The notes beneath the pieces are model-generated. The model did not search any database. It had not been told where the DNA came from and saw only the letters and a program-made list of their open reading frames with translations. Below are positions 18,787 to 28,734 of a DNA stretch of 64,000 nucleotides, in pieces; position 1 is the stretch's first letter; every line of letters begins with the position of its first letter. The DNA is from Acholeplasma sp. (GTDB lineage: Bacteria > Bacillota_I > Bacilli_A > ML615J-28 > CAG-698): positions 15,555 through 79,554 of the forward strand of contig DUOW01000005.1 in assembly GCA_012838635.1 (NCBI GenBank), in the 5' to 3' direction. Both the position numbers and the translations under genes were made by a program.

Positions 18787-20148
18787 CTATTCTTGTGGAA
18801 CCAAGTCTTCCACACTTGATAATTCTTGTAATTTATCAAGACCACCAATTTCTCCTGCCTTAGATATTGCAATCTTCGCAAAGATAGGTCCTGTCGTTTC
18901 ATATACTAAAATGCTTAACATAATGATTGTGGAAATAATTGAATACATTGTTGGTAAAGTCTTACCTACAATTACTAACAAGCCAATAGAAATTCCACCT
19001 TGTGGCAATAACCCCAACCATAACCACTTACGAACATTAGGGTCGCTTTTAGCAATTCTTGCCCCTACATATGTACCAACATATTTACCTACACCTCTAC
19101 CTACAATGTACACTAATGCTATAATAGCAATCATCCATTCTACTCTTAAAATTCCTAAATCTAAACTAGCACCAGCCATTGTAAAGAATATAATATAGAA
19201 TGGTGTTGTAAAGTCATTAACTGCTGAAAATGTACGATCTGGTCTTCGAGCAAGATTAGCAATCATTGCTCCAGTAACAATACTAGATAATAGCGATGAA
19301 AGACTAATCCCATATTGCCCTAATAGTTTTTCATGATTTAATAAGTTAAATAACCCTACAGTAAGGATAATTGCGGCTACAGCTAAAATTTGAATATTAT
19401 CTCTTTCACAATCAAACTTCCTTGCTGCTAAAGATAATACTAGTCCAATTAGAGCACCTATCATCATTGAACCAAATACTTCAATAAATGGTTTAGTAAT
19501 CATCAGCCATAATGGCATTTCAACTCCTGGTGATGGTACTAAAATTTGGGCAATAGAAATAAAGAAACCAAAAACAATAATGCCAAAGATATCATCTAAA
19601 GCCGTAATAGGTAAAATTGCTTTTGTAACTGGTCCATAAACACGATATTGTCTAATAACCATTAAAGTTGCAGCTGGCGCCGTTGTCGCTGACATACTTG
19701 CAAGAATCAAAGCCATCGAAATATTCGGCTTAGCAAAAGGCTCATAAGTTAAGATTCCATGTGCCTCATTAAAACTTTGCGGTTTTGGTACAACAAGCAT
19801 TAATACAAACACAAATAATACTGCCCCCAATACCTCAAAAAAAGTAAGGATTGTAATTTCCTTCCCTTGCTTTTTAATATTGGCAATATTAAACTCACTC
19901 CCAATACTAAAAGCAATAAATGCTAAAGCCATCTCACTAATAAACCTTAAAGTGTCTTGATCATCAGCATTAATTATTCCTTTAAAACCAGGAATGATTA
20001 ATCCTAACGATGGCCCTAGTAATACACCAAAGATTAAATAACCAGAAACATTTGGTAATTTTAAAGCTTTGGCCACTTGTCCACCAATAAAGCCAACAAT
20101 TAAAACAATTGCGACTTTAACTAAAACGTTAAATAATACGTCATTCAT
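18787..20148 (-). CDS. cation:proton antiporter (CPA1/CPA2 family, Na+/K+:H+ exchanger) lacking any RCK/KTN domain
   Basis: 453 aa, about 12 TM, with an N-terminus typical of Kef/NhaP-type exchangers. GGAGGG RBS. Directly downstream of a c-di-AMP riboswitch. Confidence 0.8.
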   Translation of the reverse strand: MNDVLFNVLVKVAIVLIVGFIGGQVAKALKLPNVSGYLIFGVLLGPSLGLIIPGFKGIINADDQDTLRFISEMALAFIAFSIGSEFNIANIKKQGKEITILTFFEVLGAVLFVFVLMLVVPKPQSFNEAHGILTYEPFAKPNISMALILASMSATTAPAATLMVIRQYRVYGPVTKAILPITALDDIFGIIVFGFFISIAQILVPSPGVEMPLWLMITKPFIEVFGSMMIGALIGLVLSLAARKFDCERDNIQILAVAAIILTVGLFNLLNHEKLLGQYGISLSSLLSSIVTGAMIANLARRPDRTFSAVNDFTTPFYIIFFTMAGASLDLGILRVEWMIAIIALVYIVGRGVGKYVGTYVGARIAKSDPNVRKWLWLGLLPQGGISIGLLVIVGKTLPTMYSIISTIIMLSILVYETTGPIFAKIAISKAGEIGGLDKLQELSSVEDLVPQE

Positions 20149-20171
20149 TTGTCTTTCCCTCCGTTTAAACT

Positions 20172-20322
20172 AATAAAAAAACGCATAACTAAAGTTATAC
20201 GCTTAATCACTCCTATGAGGTTAGCTGACGGGTTCAGGCAATTAAGTTGCCTTACGCTTTAATTAAGCGATTCGCCCCAAGACTTTGGTCCCCCACCCGA
20301 ATGATTCGGAGTTCATTATCAC
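20172..20322 (-). promoter_or_regulatory. cyclic-di-AMP riboswitch (ydaO/kimA class) with intrinsic terminator
   Basis: Minus strand reads GAACTCCGAATCATTCGGGTGGGGGACCAAAGTCTTGGGGCGAATCGC ... CCTGAACCCGTCAGCTAACCTCATAGGAGTG. This matches the ydaO conserved blocks (GGGGACC.., GGGG.GAATCGC, CCCGTCAGCTAACCTC.TA.G). Followed by the terminator GCGTATAACTTTAGTTATGCG + TTTTTTT (20174-20203). Confidence 0.85.
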
Positions 20323-20443
20323 TCTACCAAATTTTTCCTATTTTGTCAAGTACAGCCTAACAACTTAACTTGTTTTAATTTACAGTTATTTATATTGTAT
20401 ATTATAAAAGCTTGTGCTAAAATATTGTTGTTAGAGGTGAAGT

Positions 20444-21484
20444 ATGAAAAAATATTTACTTTATTTTGCTCTTCATTATCCAAAATCAGAAATTGAAGAC
20501 TATCTTAAAATGATCCACCAAAGTGAATATCACCTAGACGAAACTATTACAACTGATAGTTATGCCTTTCTAGTGGAAGAATATGAACAAGTAAAACCAA
20601 ATAATAAGTACTTATATGAATATATAAGCGAAGATGTCGTTAGAGTTAACCTTGGAAATTACAAAGCTTCCGAATTCTCACTGCACTACTTATTTGATTC
20701 TTTTAAAGAAACAATTAACTCTAATCAAGGCTCTAAAGAAAATATTGATCAAAAACTAGAACTACTTTTAGAACTAATCAAAACAAAAGAAATAGACCTA
20801 GATTACAATGATGCTTTAGAAAAAATTGAAGCTTATAAAAAGGCAGGTTATCCTGCCATACATCATAGTGAAGCCTTCAAAAAAGCTTATGATCCTCATT
20901 ACCGAATTATCCAAAGTTCAAATTTAACACCAGGATTAAAAGAATTCAATTTGTTTTATTATTTAGATAATTTAATTAAAGAAAAGAAAACTTTAATCTT
21001 AGCAATTGATGGTAGGTCAAGTTCAGGAAAAACAACAATAGCTAATACTTTAAAAGAAAAATATAATGCTACAATTATTCATATTGACCATTTCTTTTTA
21101 CCAAACTTCTTAAAAACAAAAGAAAGACTTCAAGAAGTAGGTGGCAATATTAACTATGAAGAAATTGAAAAAGTTTTAAAAGAAATTAAACATAATAGTA
21201 CCTATACTTATCAAGCTTTTGATTGTAAACTTCAAGAGTATTATCCAGAAACAGTTGAAACTTCTAATATCATTATTTTTGAAGGTGTTTATAGTATGCA
21301 CAAAAACTTACTTCCATATTATGATAGTACAATTCTTTTAACTTTAAGTAAAAAAGAACAACTAAGTCGTCTAAAACAAAGAGAAACTCCAAGTGGCTAC
21401 TTGCAATTCTTAAATGAGTGGGTACCATTAGAAAATGAATATTTTACTGATGAATTATATAAAAAAAGCGGGATTGTTATTTAA
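20444..21484 (+). CDS. uridine-kinase-family P-loop kinase with an uncharacterised about 175-aa N-terminal domain
   Basis: The C-terminal half (DGRSSSGKTT ... YQAFD..Q.Y ... IIIFEGV ... LTLSKKEQLSRLKQRE) matches Udk/PRK family motifs. I do not recognise the N-terminal half. TGCTAAAAT extended -10 and AGAGGTGAAG RBS. Confidence 0.55.
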   Translation: MKKYLLYFALHYPKSEIEDYLKMIHQSEYHLDETITTDSYAFLVEEYEQVKPNNKYLYEYISEDVVRVNLGNYKASEFSLHYLFDSFKETINSNQGSKENIDQKLELLLELIKTKEIDLDYNDALEKIEAYKKAGYPAIHHSEAFKKAYDPHYRIIQSSNLTPGLKEFNLFYYLDNLIKEKKTLILAIDGRSSSGKTTIANTLKEKYNATIIHIDHFFLPNFLKTKERLQEVGGNINYEEIEKVLKEIKHNSTYTYQAFDCKLQEYYPETVETSNIIIFEGVYSMHKNLLPYYDSTILLTLSKKEQLSRLKQRETPSGYLQFLNEWVPLENEYFTDELYKKSGIVI

Positions 21485-22040
21485 TCCCGTTTTTTCTTAC
21501 TAAATTATAAAAATCTTCATTAGTAATACTATATACTTTTACATCATGGATACCGCCATCATAGGCTAAGTATCCTTTTCTTTTAATTCCTTCAAAAATT
21601 AAATTAGCTTTTTCTAAAACTTTTTGTGATGCTTCGTTTTCTAAATAAGTATAAGCTTCAATTCTTTTTAAATTAAGAACATCAAAACCCCAAACAATAA
21701 TAGTTTTAGCTGCTTCAGTTGCATAACCTTGATTCCAATATTCTGGATTCAAACAAAACCCAAGTTCTGCTTTATGATCTTTTGTATAAGAGTGAAGTTC
21801 AATTGTGCCAATCATTTTATTTGTTTCTTTTAAAACAATCGCAAATACTCCTAATTGCCCAAACCTAATTTTGTCGCGAAACATCTTAATCATTATTTTT
21901 GTCTCTTTTTCATTTACATGAGGTTTCCAACCAGCTAAAGGTCCAATATTAGGAAGTCTTGCAAACTCATAAAAATCATGGATATCTTTATCTTCAATTA
22001 AACGAAGGATTAATCTTTCAGTTTCTATTTTAGGTAACAT
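21477..22040 (-). CDS. GNAT family N-acetyltransferase (RimJ/RimL-like)
   Basis: 187 aa with the N-terminus TERLILRL typical of the RimL subgroup. Carries an acetyl-CoA binding motif region. Confidence 0.75.
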   Translation of the reverse strand: MLPKIETERLILRLIEDKDIHDFYEFARLPNIGPLAGWKPHVNEKETKIMIKMFRDKIRFGQLGVFAIVLKETNKMIGTIELHSYTKDHKAELGFCLNPEYWNQGYATEAAKTIIVWGFDVLNLKRIEAYTYLENEASQKVLEKANLIFEGIKRKGYLAYDGGIHDVKVYSITNEDFYNLVRKNGIK

Positions 22041-22049
22041 TTTATCCTC

Positions 22050-22826
22050 CTATTCAATAATTCGAATTGTTTCTATTTTCGAAACCTTTTTTAATTGTTC
22101 ATCATAATCAACTAAGATTGCTGAAAATTGCGTCTTACCATCATTTTCTGGTTCAAATCTTAAAGTGTTTTGGCCTAAGAAACGTTTAAGAATGATATCT
22201 TTTTTAACTCCAATCACGCTTTCTAAAGCACCAGTCATCCCAACATCAGTAATATAAGCTGTTTTACCATTTAAAATACAAGCATCATTTGTTTGTACAT
22301 GTGTATGAGTTCCAAAAATAATATCAATTTTACCTGTAAAATAATGACCAAAAGCTATAACTTCGCTTGTAGCTTCCCCGTGAAAATCACAAATGTAGAT
22401 ATCACTTTTAGTATTTTCTAAGATCTCTTCCACAACCAAAAACGGATTCTTAATATTATTGCCATGCATAAAGATTTGACCTAAGACTTGAATAACAGTT
22501 ATTGTAAGGTTGTTATAGTTTTTTGTTACAAAACCTACACCATATTCAGTTTCAATATTTGCTGGTCTAACAATATTCTTAGCTTCGTTAATATAATTAA
22601 AGATATCTTTGTTATGAAAAGCATGATTACCTAAAGTAACAACATTAACTCCTTGTCCTAAAAGCCATTTATAATGATTCTCATTCATTCCTTTTCCGTG
22701 AGATATATTTTCTCCATTAACAATTAAAAAATTAATTGTTTCTTTTTCTTTAATTTTAGCTAAGCCAGATGTAAAAGCTTTTCTTCCTAGTTTTGAATAA
22801 ATATCTCCTACAATCAATATTTTCAT
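22050..22826 (-). CDS. ymdB: YmdB-family metallophosphoesterase (2',3'-cyclic nucleotide phosphodiesterase)
   Basis: Strong similarity to B. subtilis YmdB along the whole length (GDIYS..., GENISHGKG, GNHAF, GTHTHVQT, YITDVGMTG). Follows the rny-ymdB order. Confidence 0.9.
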   Translation of the reverse strand: MKILIVGDIYSKLGRKAFTSGLAKIKEKETINFLIVNGENISHGKGMNENHYKWLLGQGVNVVTLGNHAFHNKDIFNYINEAKNIVRPANIETEYGVGFVTKNYNNLTITVIQVLGQIFMHGNNIKNPFLVVEEILENTKSDIYICDFHGEATSEVIAFGHYFTGKIDIIFGTHTHVQTNDACILNGKTAYITDVGMTGALESVIGVKKDIILKRFLGQNTLRFEPENDGKTQFSAILVDYDEQLKKVSKIETIRIIE

Positions 22827-22894
22827 TAAAGTCTCCTTCTAGAATACAAATATTATATCATATTTTTAAAAAAAAGGAAATGATTACTCATTTC

Positions 22895-24481
22895 CTATTT
22901 CGCAACTTTATTTACCCTTGTTTCTCTAATAACTGTAATCTTAATTGTACCTGGGTAAGTAAGTTCTTTTTCAATTTCTTTCTTTAAGTCTAGAGCTAAT
23001 TTCTCTGCTTGAGCGTCATTAATCTCAGTTGGTTTAACCATAACTCTGATTTCACGACCTGCTTGAAGTGCATAAGTACGCTCTACACCTTTGTGTTTTG
23101 AAGCTAAGGCTTCTAGGGCTTCTAAACGTTTGATATATGCTTCAATCGATTCGTTTCTTGCTCCTGGACGAGCAGCAGAAATAGTGTCAGCAGTAGCCAC
23201 TAAAACAGCAATAATTGAATTAGCTGTTTCATCTCCATGATGGCTTAATACGGCATCAATAACTTCTGGTCTTTCACGATATCTTCTGACAATATCAGCA
23301 CCAAGCTCTACGTGACTTCCTTCCATTGTAGTATCTACGGCTTTTCCAATATCGTGGAATAGGCCTGCACGACGAGCTACGATTTCGTTTTCCCCAATTT
23401 CGACTGCTAGGTTACCAGCAATCATGGCAACTTCAATTGAGTGGGCTAAAGCATTTTGACCATAACTAGTACGGAATTTTAATTTTCCAAGTAATTTTAC
23501 TAATTCTGGATGAACACGGCCAACGCCTGTATCATATACTGCTTTATCTCCAGCTTCTTTAATTTCAAGTTCCATTTCTTTTTCAATTTTTTGAACTATC
23601 TCTTCAATTCTTGTTGGTTGAATTCTACCATCAGAAATTAAAGCTTCTAAAGTTCTTCGAGCAACTTCTCTTCTAACAGGATCAAAACAAGAAACAACGA
23701 CAGCTTCTGGTGTGTCATCAATAATTAAATCAACTCCAGTTGCAGCTTCTAAAGCACGGATGTTTCTTCCTTCTCTTCCTATTATCCTTCCCTTCATTTC
23801 ATCATTAGGTAAGTTAACTACAGAAACAGTTTGTTCTGCTACAATCTCGCCAGCATAAGTTTGAATAACTTGTGTTAAAAGTTCTTTTGTTTTCTTACGA
23901 ACTTCAGCGTTTGCTTTGTCAACCCCCTCTTTTACAATCTGAGATATTTCTAAATCCATTTCTTCTTCAACTTTTTTTAGAACTATCTCTTTCGCTTCTT
24001 CTTTGTCCAGTTTAGAAATTTCCAATAATTTTTCTGTTTGTTCTTGAACTAGTGTCTCCACTTTGCTAGTTTGTTCTTCTAATTCTACTTTTTGCTTTTC
24101 TAAAGTTTCTTCTTTGCGAGAAATAGCACTTTCTCTCTTATCAAGATTAATGCTACGATTATCTAATCTTTCTTCTCTTTGATTTACTTTATTTTCTAAA
24201 GAGTTTAAGTAATTTGTACGTTCTCTATTTTCTTTTTCAAATTCTTGTTTTAATAGATGAACCTCTTGTTTGGCATCAAGTATCAATCCCTTTTTATATT
24301 CATCAGCTTCTTTTTGAGCAACTTCTAAATACGCTTTGGCAGACTCACCGGCTTTTTTTAGTTTGGAGCGAACTAAGTAATAGCCTAATGCAAATCCCCC
24401 ACCAAGTAGCAATATGGAGCCTAGAACAATTAATAATACTGTCACAGCAACAGGTAGTGCCATAACAACTAAATCGTTCAT
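22895..24481 (-). CDS. rny: ribonuclease Y
   Basis: N-terminal TM, a coiled coil, then KH and HD domains (HSIEVA..., LFHDIGK). GGAGGT RBS before the ATG at 24481. Stop codon is TAG. A terminator hairpin follows. Confidence 0.95.
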   Translation of the reverse strand: MNDLVVMALPVAVTVLLIVLGSILLLGGGFALGYYLVRSKLKKAGESAKAYLEVAQKEADEYKKGLILDAKQEVHLLKQEFEKENRERTNYLNSLENKVNQREERLDNRSINLDKRESAISRKEETLEKQKVELEEQTSKVETLVQEQTEKLLEISKLDKEEAKEIVLKKVEEEMDLEISQIVKEGVDKANAEVRKKTKELLTQVIQTYAGEIVAEQTVSVVNLPNDEMKGRIIGREGRNIRALEAATGVDLIIDDTPEAVVVSCFDPVRREVARRTLEALISDGRIQPTRIEEIVQKIEKEMELEIKEAGDKAVYDTGVGRVHPELVKLLGKLKFRTSYGQNALAHSIEVAMIAGNLAVEIGENEIVARRAGLFHDIGKAVDTTMEGSHVELGADIVRRYRERPEVIDAVLSHHGDETANSIIAVLVATADTISAARPGARNESIEAYIKRLEALEALASKHKGVERTYALQAGREIRVMVKPTEINDAQAEKLALDLKKEIEKELTYPGTIKITVIRETRVNKVAK

Positions 24482-24627
24482 ATCTACCTCCATCATTTAA
24501 TATATCTGATTTTTTTAAATAGTTTATATAAATATCTAATATAATTATACACCAAATAACCCCTTTAGTCAATTAAAAGATTTGAAGCCTTTTTCTTATT
24601 CATAAAAAATAGTCTTGACAATCAAGA

Positions 24628-25614
24628 CTATTCTTTATATGCTTCTCTAACTTTATCTTCAATTTCTTTTGAAAGATTTGGATTTTCTTCTAAATATTTC
24701 TTCACATTTTCTTTTCCTTGGCCTAATTTCTCATCATTATATGAATACCAAGATCCAGATTTCTTAATAATGTCTTTATCTACTGCCATATCAATAATTT
24801 CTGCAGTACGAGAAATACCTTTACCATAAATTAAATCTACTTCACATACTCTAAATGGTGGCGCTACTTTATTCTTTACAACTCTAACTCTTGTTAGGTT
24901 ACCTATTGGATCTCCTTCACTTTTTAATTGTTCAATACGTCTAACATCTAAACGAATTGTAGAGTAAAACTTTAAGGCTCTACCACCAGTGGTAGTTTCT
25001 GGGTTTCCAAAGAAAACTCCTACTTTTTCTCTAATTTGGTTAATAAAAATCGCAATGGTTTTTGTTTTAGAAATAACACCACTTAACTTTCTCATTGCTT
25101 GACTCATAAGTCTAGCTTGCAAAGCTACATGAGCATCTCCCATATCACCATCAATTTCAGCCTTTGGTACTAAAGCTGCTACAGAGTCAATGACAATAAT
25201 ATCAATTGCTCCACTTCGAATTAAATACTCAGCAATCTCTAAAGCTTGTTCTCCCGTATCTGGTTGCGATAAAATTAAATTATCAATATCAACTCCTAAA
25301 GTAGCAGCATACTTAGGATCTAAAGCATGCTCAGCATCAATAAAAGCAGCATAACCTCCTGCCTTTTGTGCTTCCGCAATCGCATGTAAAGCAAAAGTGG
25401 TTTTACCTGAACCTTCAGGTCCATAGATTTCTACAATCCTTCCTCTAGGGTATCCCATTACACCTAAAGCGATATCTAATTTTAATGATCCAGATGAAAT
25501 AACTTCGATATCTCCGATAGAATGATCACCAAGTTTCATTACTGAACCTTTACCATATTCTTTTTCTATTTGCTTGAAGGCTTCCTTCAAGGCTTGTTCT
25601 TTTTCTTTTGACAT
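24628..25614 (-). CDS. recA: recombinase RecA
   Basis: GPEGSGKTT Walker A and canonical RecA sequence. Terminator hairpin AATAGTCTTGATTGTCAAGACTATT right after the stop. Confidence 0.97.
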   Translation of the reverse strand: MSKEKEQALKEAFKQIEKEYGKGSVMKLGDHSIGDIEVISSGSLKLDIALGVMGYPRGRIVEIYGPEGSGKTTFALHAIAEAQKAGGYAAFIDAEHALDPKYAATLGVDIDNLILSQPDTGEQALEIAEYLIRSGAIDIIVIDSVAALVPKAEIDGDMGDAHVALQARLMSQAMRKLSGVISKTKTIAIFINQIREKVGVFFGNPETTTGGRALKFYSTIRLDVRRIEQLKSEGDPIGNLTRVRVVKNKVAPPFRVCEVDLIYGKGISRTAEIIDMAVDKDIIKKSGSWYSYNDEKLGQGKENVKKYLEENPNLSKEIEDKVREAYKE

Positions 25615-25624
25615 TTAAATCCTC

Positions 25625-26227
25625 CTATTTTGACTTTAAGATTACGTCTTTATTTTTAATAAAATAATCAATTCCTGATACAAGTGTAGTTAGACCAGCA
25701 AAGCTAATTAAAACAAGTGCAGTTATATCTTTCGTATTTGCTCCAATAAAAGTAAATGGATAACATTCTAGTAATAAAAAGATTACTAAAATCATTTGCG
25801 ATACTGTTTTAATCTTCCCTAGTTTACTTGCAGCAATCACAACATTGTTTTGCACTGCAATTAGCCTAATTCCAGTAACCATAAACTCTCTAGCTACAAT
25901 TAAAATTAAAACAAATCCTAACGGAAATCCAAAAGCTGTCATTTTACCTTGTTCTAAAAGAATTAGCAATGTAGAGATGACTAAAATCTTGTCAGCTAAA
26001 GGATCCATAAACTTGCCAAAATCGGTAATTAAATTGTATTTCCTTGCAATATGTCCATCTAAAAAGTCTGTAAAAGAGGCAATCAAGAAAATTATTAAAA
26101 TAATAAAGTTTCCTACTGTTACTTCTTTAAAAACATAAATTTCATAAAGTGGACTAATTAATGATACAATAATAATTAAGGGAATTAAGGCAACTCTAAA
26201 TAATGTTAGTTTATTTGGTAAATTCAT
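25625..26227 (-). CDS. pgsA: CDP-diacylglycerol--glycerol-3-phosphate 3-phosphatidyltransferase
   Basis: NLPNKLTLFRV and a D..DG...R...T..G...DP.AD CDP-alcohol phosphatidyltransferase motif. Confidence 0.9.
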   Translation of the reverse strand: MNLPNKLTLFRVALIPLIIIVSLISPLYEIYVFKEVTVGNFIILIIFLIASFTDFLDGHIARKYNLITDFGKFMDPLADKILVISTLLILLEQGKMTAFGFPLGFVLILIVAREFMVTGIRLIAVQNNVVIAASKLGKIKTVSQMILVIFLLLECYPFTFIGANTKDITALVLISFAGLTTLVSGIDYFIKNKDVILKSK

Positions 26228-26267
26228 ATCTCACACCTTCTATATATTATATTATACTATAAAACCT

Positions 26268-27362
26268 TTAATTTATAAAGAACTTTAATTTTCTTAAAAT
26301 ACTTTTTGCAGCTGTTAAGCCAGAGATAATCGCAAAGCCAAAATTGAATCCTCCACACCTAGCATCAATATCCAAGATTTCCCCAACTATATATAAATTT
26401 GGTTTTAGTTTTGAGGAGAAATCATAATTAATTTCCTTTAAGTCTAAACCACCTTTAGTAATTTGGGCTTCTCCATAACTATTTAAACCTGAAACAGTAA
26501 AACGAAAGTCTTTTAATTGATGAAGGATATCTTTCCTTTTTTTGACCTCTATTGCTAACATTTTTGGAAGAAGAGAGCATAAAAATTCATCTTCGTCTTT
26601 AAATTTAGCTTTTAATTCTTTTAAGTCTGCTAAAGAATATTCAGGAGTTAAATCAAAACTTACCTCACATCCTGCTTCATAATAACGAGAAAGATCTAAA
26701 ACAACAATTCCTGATATAGCATCACTTCTAAATTGTACTTCTCCTTCATCAACGGCTAAAACTTTATTACCCTTTAAAATCTTGGCTTTTACTTTAAAGC
26801 GAATACCTTTTAAAGGTCTTAAGTCTTCTTTCACTTTTAAAGTTGTTAGAGCAGGAATAAGAGGTGTTATTTTATGCCCTAGGCTAGTTAAGTAGTCATA
26901 ACCATCATATTTACTTTGAGCGTAACTTCCCGTTGCAATTATCGTAATTCCGGTTAAATCTAAAGTGTCTCTCAAAGAAGTTACAACTTTGATATCTAAT
27001 TCTTTAAGTTTGTTTACATAAGCAGTTAAAACCGATGTTGCTTTTTCGCTATATGGATATAGCCTTCCAGAATCATCTTCTCTTAGAACTAAACCTAAAT
27101 CTTCTAAAACAAACTCTTTTAGATCTTGACTATTAGTTTCTTTTAAGACTTCTTCTATAAATAAAGAATTATTATAATTACTACTATCATCTAAATAAAC
27201 ATTACTTATATTACATTTACCATTTCCTGTTTTTAAGATCTTTTGGCCAACTCTAGTATCTGCTTCATATAAAGTAATATCTAGCTTTGGATTTCTTTTT
27301 TTTAAATAAATGGCCGCTGTCATCCCTGAAACACCAGCACCATAGATATTTATTTTATTCAT
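26268..27362 (-). CDS. HI0933/BaiN-like NAD(P)/FAD-dependent flavoprotein
   Basis: GAGVSGMTAA dinucleotide-binding motif. Size and C-terminal motifs are typical of the TIGR00275 family. Confidence 0.7.
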   Translation of the reverse strand: MNKINIYGAGVSGMTAAIYLKKRNPKLDITLYEADTRVGQKILKTGNGKCNISNVYLDDSSNYNNSLFIEEVLKETNSQDLKEFVLEDLGLVLREDDSGRLYPYSEKATSVLTAYVNKLKELDIKVVTSLRDTLDLTGITIIATGSYAQSKYDGYDYLTSLGHKITPLIPALTTLKVKEDLRPLKGIRFKVKAKILKGNKVLAVDEGEVQFRSDAISGIVVLDLSRYYEAGCEVSFDLTPEYSLADLKELKAKFKDEDEFLCSLLPKMLAIEVKKRKDILHQLKDFRFTVSGLNSYGEAQITKGGLDLKEINYDFSSKLKPNLYIVGEILDIDARCGGFNFGFAIISGLTAAKSILRKLKFFIN

Positions 27363-27384
27363 TTTCCACCTCTAGTTTTTTTCC

Positions 27385-27413
27385 TTGCTTTTTTATAAAT
27401 TATTTGGTATAAT
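27385..27413 (+). promoter_or_regulatory. sigma-A promoter for rpsT (TTGCTT-17-TATAAT)
   Basis: TTGCTT at 27385-27390 and TATAAT at 27408-27413. Confidence 0.6.
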
Positions 27414-27440
27414 ACTATAGATAAATATTGGAGGGAACTT

Positions 27441-27710
27441 ATGGCAAATATTAAACAACAAGCTAAACGTAATATTACAAATGAAAAAAGAAGACTACGC
27501 AATGTTTCTTTAAAATCATCAGTACGTACAGCTATTAAAAAAGTAGAATTAGCTATTTCTAATGATAACTACGAAGAAGCTTTAGAACTTTACAAAGTTG
27601 CAGCTAAGAGACTTGACACTGCTCAAGGCAAAGGTGTATACCATAAAAACTCAGTTGCTAGAAAAAAATCTCATCTTTGTAAGGCTATCAATAAAATAGC
27701 ACCAAAATAA
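27441..27710 (+). CDS. rpsT: 30S ribosomal protein S20
   Basis: MANIKQQAKRN... canonical S20 sequence. Confidence 0.95.
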   Translation: MANIKQQAKRNITNEKRRLRNVSLKSSVRTAIKKVELAISNDNYEEALELYKVAAKRLDTAQGKGVYHKNSVARKKSHLCKAINKIAPK

Positions 27711-27730
27711 GTCGTGATAAACGGCTTTTT

Positions 27731-28690
27731 TTATAGACTAAATAACAAAAACTCTAAACCAGTATCTGGTTCTATTTGAAAAGATTTAATCTTGTAATCA
27801 AGTTCAGCAAACTTTTGAATAAGTTCTGCTGCTCTTTTTTTATCTAAATTACGCGCATCTCGCATTAAATAATATGCTCTACCAGGAGAAATATCTAAAG
27901 CCTCCGCAATCTGATTTTGTTTATAATTTTTCTCCACCAATAACTTTACTAAATAACAGTCTTTTAAATTCTTACTAGACATACTTACTAATTGAACTGG
28001 ATCAGCTTGATTAGAGGCAACTAAATCGTGATAAACTTCAATTGCTTTTGTTTTGTTTTTGTCCATAATTGCATTAGTAAAGCTGAAGATATCTTTTTCT
28101 AACTCTTTTGTAGTTAGTTTGATAACATCTTCTTCTGTAACTTCATCTTTACCTAAACAATATAAAAGTAGTTTATCAATTTCATTACTTGCATTAATTA
28201 AATCTGTCCCTGTTCTGCTTAAAAAAGTTTGGGCTGCTTTTTGGCTAATCTTTAATTTGTTTTGAGAAAACTGTCTAATTACCCAACCAACAAACTCAAC
28301 ATCAGATAAAGCTTGGCTTTCTTCTTTAATCGCTACTTTTAATAAAACCTTCACAACTTCTTTACGGTTATCTAACTTTAAATTGCTAGCGTCGATAATA
28401 AGGATTGTGGAAGGACTAGGGTTATTTAAATACTTCACAAATAATTTAGTATCGTGTTCGATATCTAACTTAGCTGATGTTAGAAAATTGGGGTGTCTTA
28501 AAACAACAATCTTTTCTTCACATAAGAAAGGAGTCGTTTGGGCATCTTCAATCGCAAAACTAACATTCTTTTCTTCCATATCATAAAAGTTGATATTATA
28601 TTCATCAGCGACTGATTCTTTAATAATTCTTTCTATTTTGACTTTGTTTAGATATTCTTCATTTCCTAAAAATAAATATACTTTAGCCAT
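27731..28690 (-). CDS. holA: DNA polymerase III delta subunit
   Basis: 319 aa, size and sequence pattern of HolA. Lies between comEC and rpsT as in Bacillus. Confidence 0.8.
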   Translation of the reverse strand: MAKVYLFLGNEEYLNKVKIERIIKESVADEYNINFYDMEEKNVSFAIEDAQTTPFLCEEKIVVLRHPNFLTSAKLDIEHDTKLFVKYLNNPSPSTILIIDASNLKLDNRKEVVKVLLKVAIKEESQALSDVEFVGWVIRQFSQNKLKISQKAAQTFLSRTGTDLINASNEIDKLLLYCLGKDEVTEEDVIKLTTKELEKDIFSFTNAIMDKNKTKAIEVYHDLVASNQADPVQLVSMSSKNLKDCYLVKLLVEKNYKQNQIAEALDISPGRAYYLMRDARNLDKKRAAELIQKFAELDYKIKSFQIEPDTGLEFLLFSL

Positions 28691-28734
28691 ATTTTACCTC
28701 TTGTTTATATTTTACCATATTTATCAAAATACTG

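Noticed and set aside
20172-20322. GC-richer structured segment that could have been a tRNA or small RNA gene
   Set aside because: It matches ydaO riboswitch conserved blocks and is followed by a terminator and an RBS. No tRNA cloverleaf is evident.
27711-27730. Possible terminator between the convergent rpsT and holA
   Set aside because: GTCGTGATAAACGGC followed by T-run has no complementary arm, so there is no convincing hairpin.
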